From Leucoraja ocellata (Eukaryota): 64,000 bases of DNA. Shown here piece after piece: positions 63,150 to 64,000 of the stretch; within the stretch, counting starts at the first letter, position 1, and every line of letters begins with the position of its first letter. The notes beneath the pieces were generated by a model. That model saw nothing but the letters and a program-made list of their open reading frames with translations. It made no database searches and was not told where the DNA came from. The stretch lies in NCBI GenBank assembly GCA_036785375.1, contig JAWMAR010000201.1, forward strand, positions 1,922,001 through 1,986,000, read 5' to 3'. The translations under genes were made by a program, and so were the position numbers.

Positions 63150-64000
63150 GTAGATCACTTCAGCGATGTATTTTACAACACGCGCAACAACTATTTATCT
63201 GACAGTTGGTGGAGGAAGAACAGCAACATCATTCTGGAAATCTATATAAATAATACTCAATAATGATCACAGAAATGATTCTGCTCATCATTTTGTGACC
63301 CTCGTGAAGAGAGTGATTTGTAGACTTTTAAAGCAAAATGTATAATAACCCAAAAAAACGTAATGGCTAAATAAACTATTTACTTCATTTATAGTCACTT
63401 TTCTTACAAACATATCCTGCGGTTTCGGCCTCGCGGAGCCAGGACTATTATATCAGGCTTATTGAATCTAGCAAATAACCATCAATTAAGGGAAACAAAC
63501 AAATACTACAAACAATGTGACATGAAATGTTGTATGAGATTGACTACAATATTACAGACTGTTTTATATTAATCTAAGATCTACATTTAATGTCGTACAC
63601 TGCTCCTATCGTAATCGTATCTAATCAGATACGTTTGTGAATAGACATGACTTTCCCATGCGTATTAGACACTAAATATTACACATCCCTGAATTCAGTG
63701 TGTCACTCAAAATGTCATGCAGTTCGCTCTTCAACTACAAAGGAAGACCTACCTGGCCTTTTCCCATGCATTTCAATTGTTTAAATCAGCAATCATACCC
63801 ATGATTTGATCAATCCAACCTTCCCATTTGAATTTTAAATGCTCTAGTACTGTTCCTGGTAACGAGCACTGACCGCCCTATGAATGAAATGTGATGTTTT
63901 AACATCACCACAATATAGAAACTTTGATGGGTAATCATTTCTGATATCATGCATTGTAAACATTTCCTTTCGCGTTCACTCGTGTGATGGATTCAGACTC

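Larger units (their letters stand above)
40290..64000 (+). repeat. Intragenic tandem duplication, about 8-9 diverged units of roughly 2-4 kb, each originally [36-nt exon - intron - 27-nt exon - intron]
   Basis: Intronic blocks recur in the same order: gggtaattgaaatt.. / tccac..tttccattttag / gtcaggagaa..tactttcaatcatcaa / cttaatcctcag(a/g)tgctgcagaatttgttaca / catgccacacgctgacaagagttgccaag / cccaaatgtactcaatattctg / gtaaattacttcag. Confidence 0.92.

Noticed and set aside
40290-64000. CRISPR-like reading of recurring 36-nt near-identical sequences
   Set aside because: Spacing is in kilobases, the intervening DNA is homologous, copies are flanked by splice sites, the context is eukaryotic, and there are no cas genes.

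Overview
Vertebrate genomic DNA, most likely a cartilaginous fish (skate/ray-like), inferred from abundant CR1/HER1-type LINE 3' ends, Rex1-like LINEs and associated SINEs. None of the supplied ORFs is a real host gene; the long ones are retroelement remnants. The main signal is missed by the ORF track: the whole window appears to lie inside one + strand gene built from at least 32 symmetric phase-1 microexons, all AG...G|GT. They alternate almost strictly between a 27-nt class (17 copies) and a 36-nt class (13 copies plus 24- and 42-nt variants). Spliced together they give 993 nt (331 codons) with no stop. Each 27+36 pair encodes 21 aa, three coiled-coil heptads (e.g. [21 protein letters not shown]). 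From about 40.3 kb to the end, the exon pair and its introns have been amplified as about 8-9 recent tandem units carrying unit-specific TE insertions and deletions. The 5' half holds older, diverged modules. The gene's start, end and any globular domains lie outside the window, so it cannot be named. TE boundaries are approximate, read by eye.
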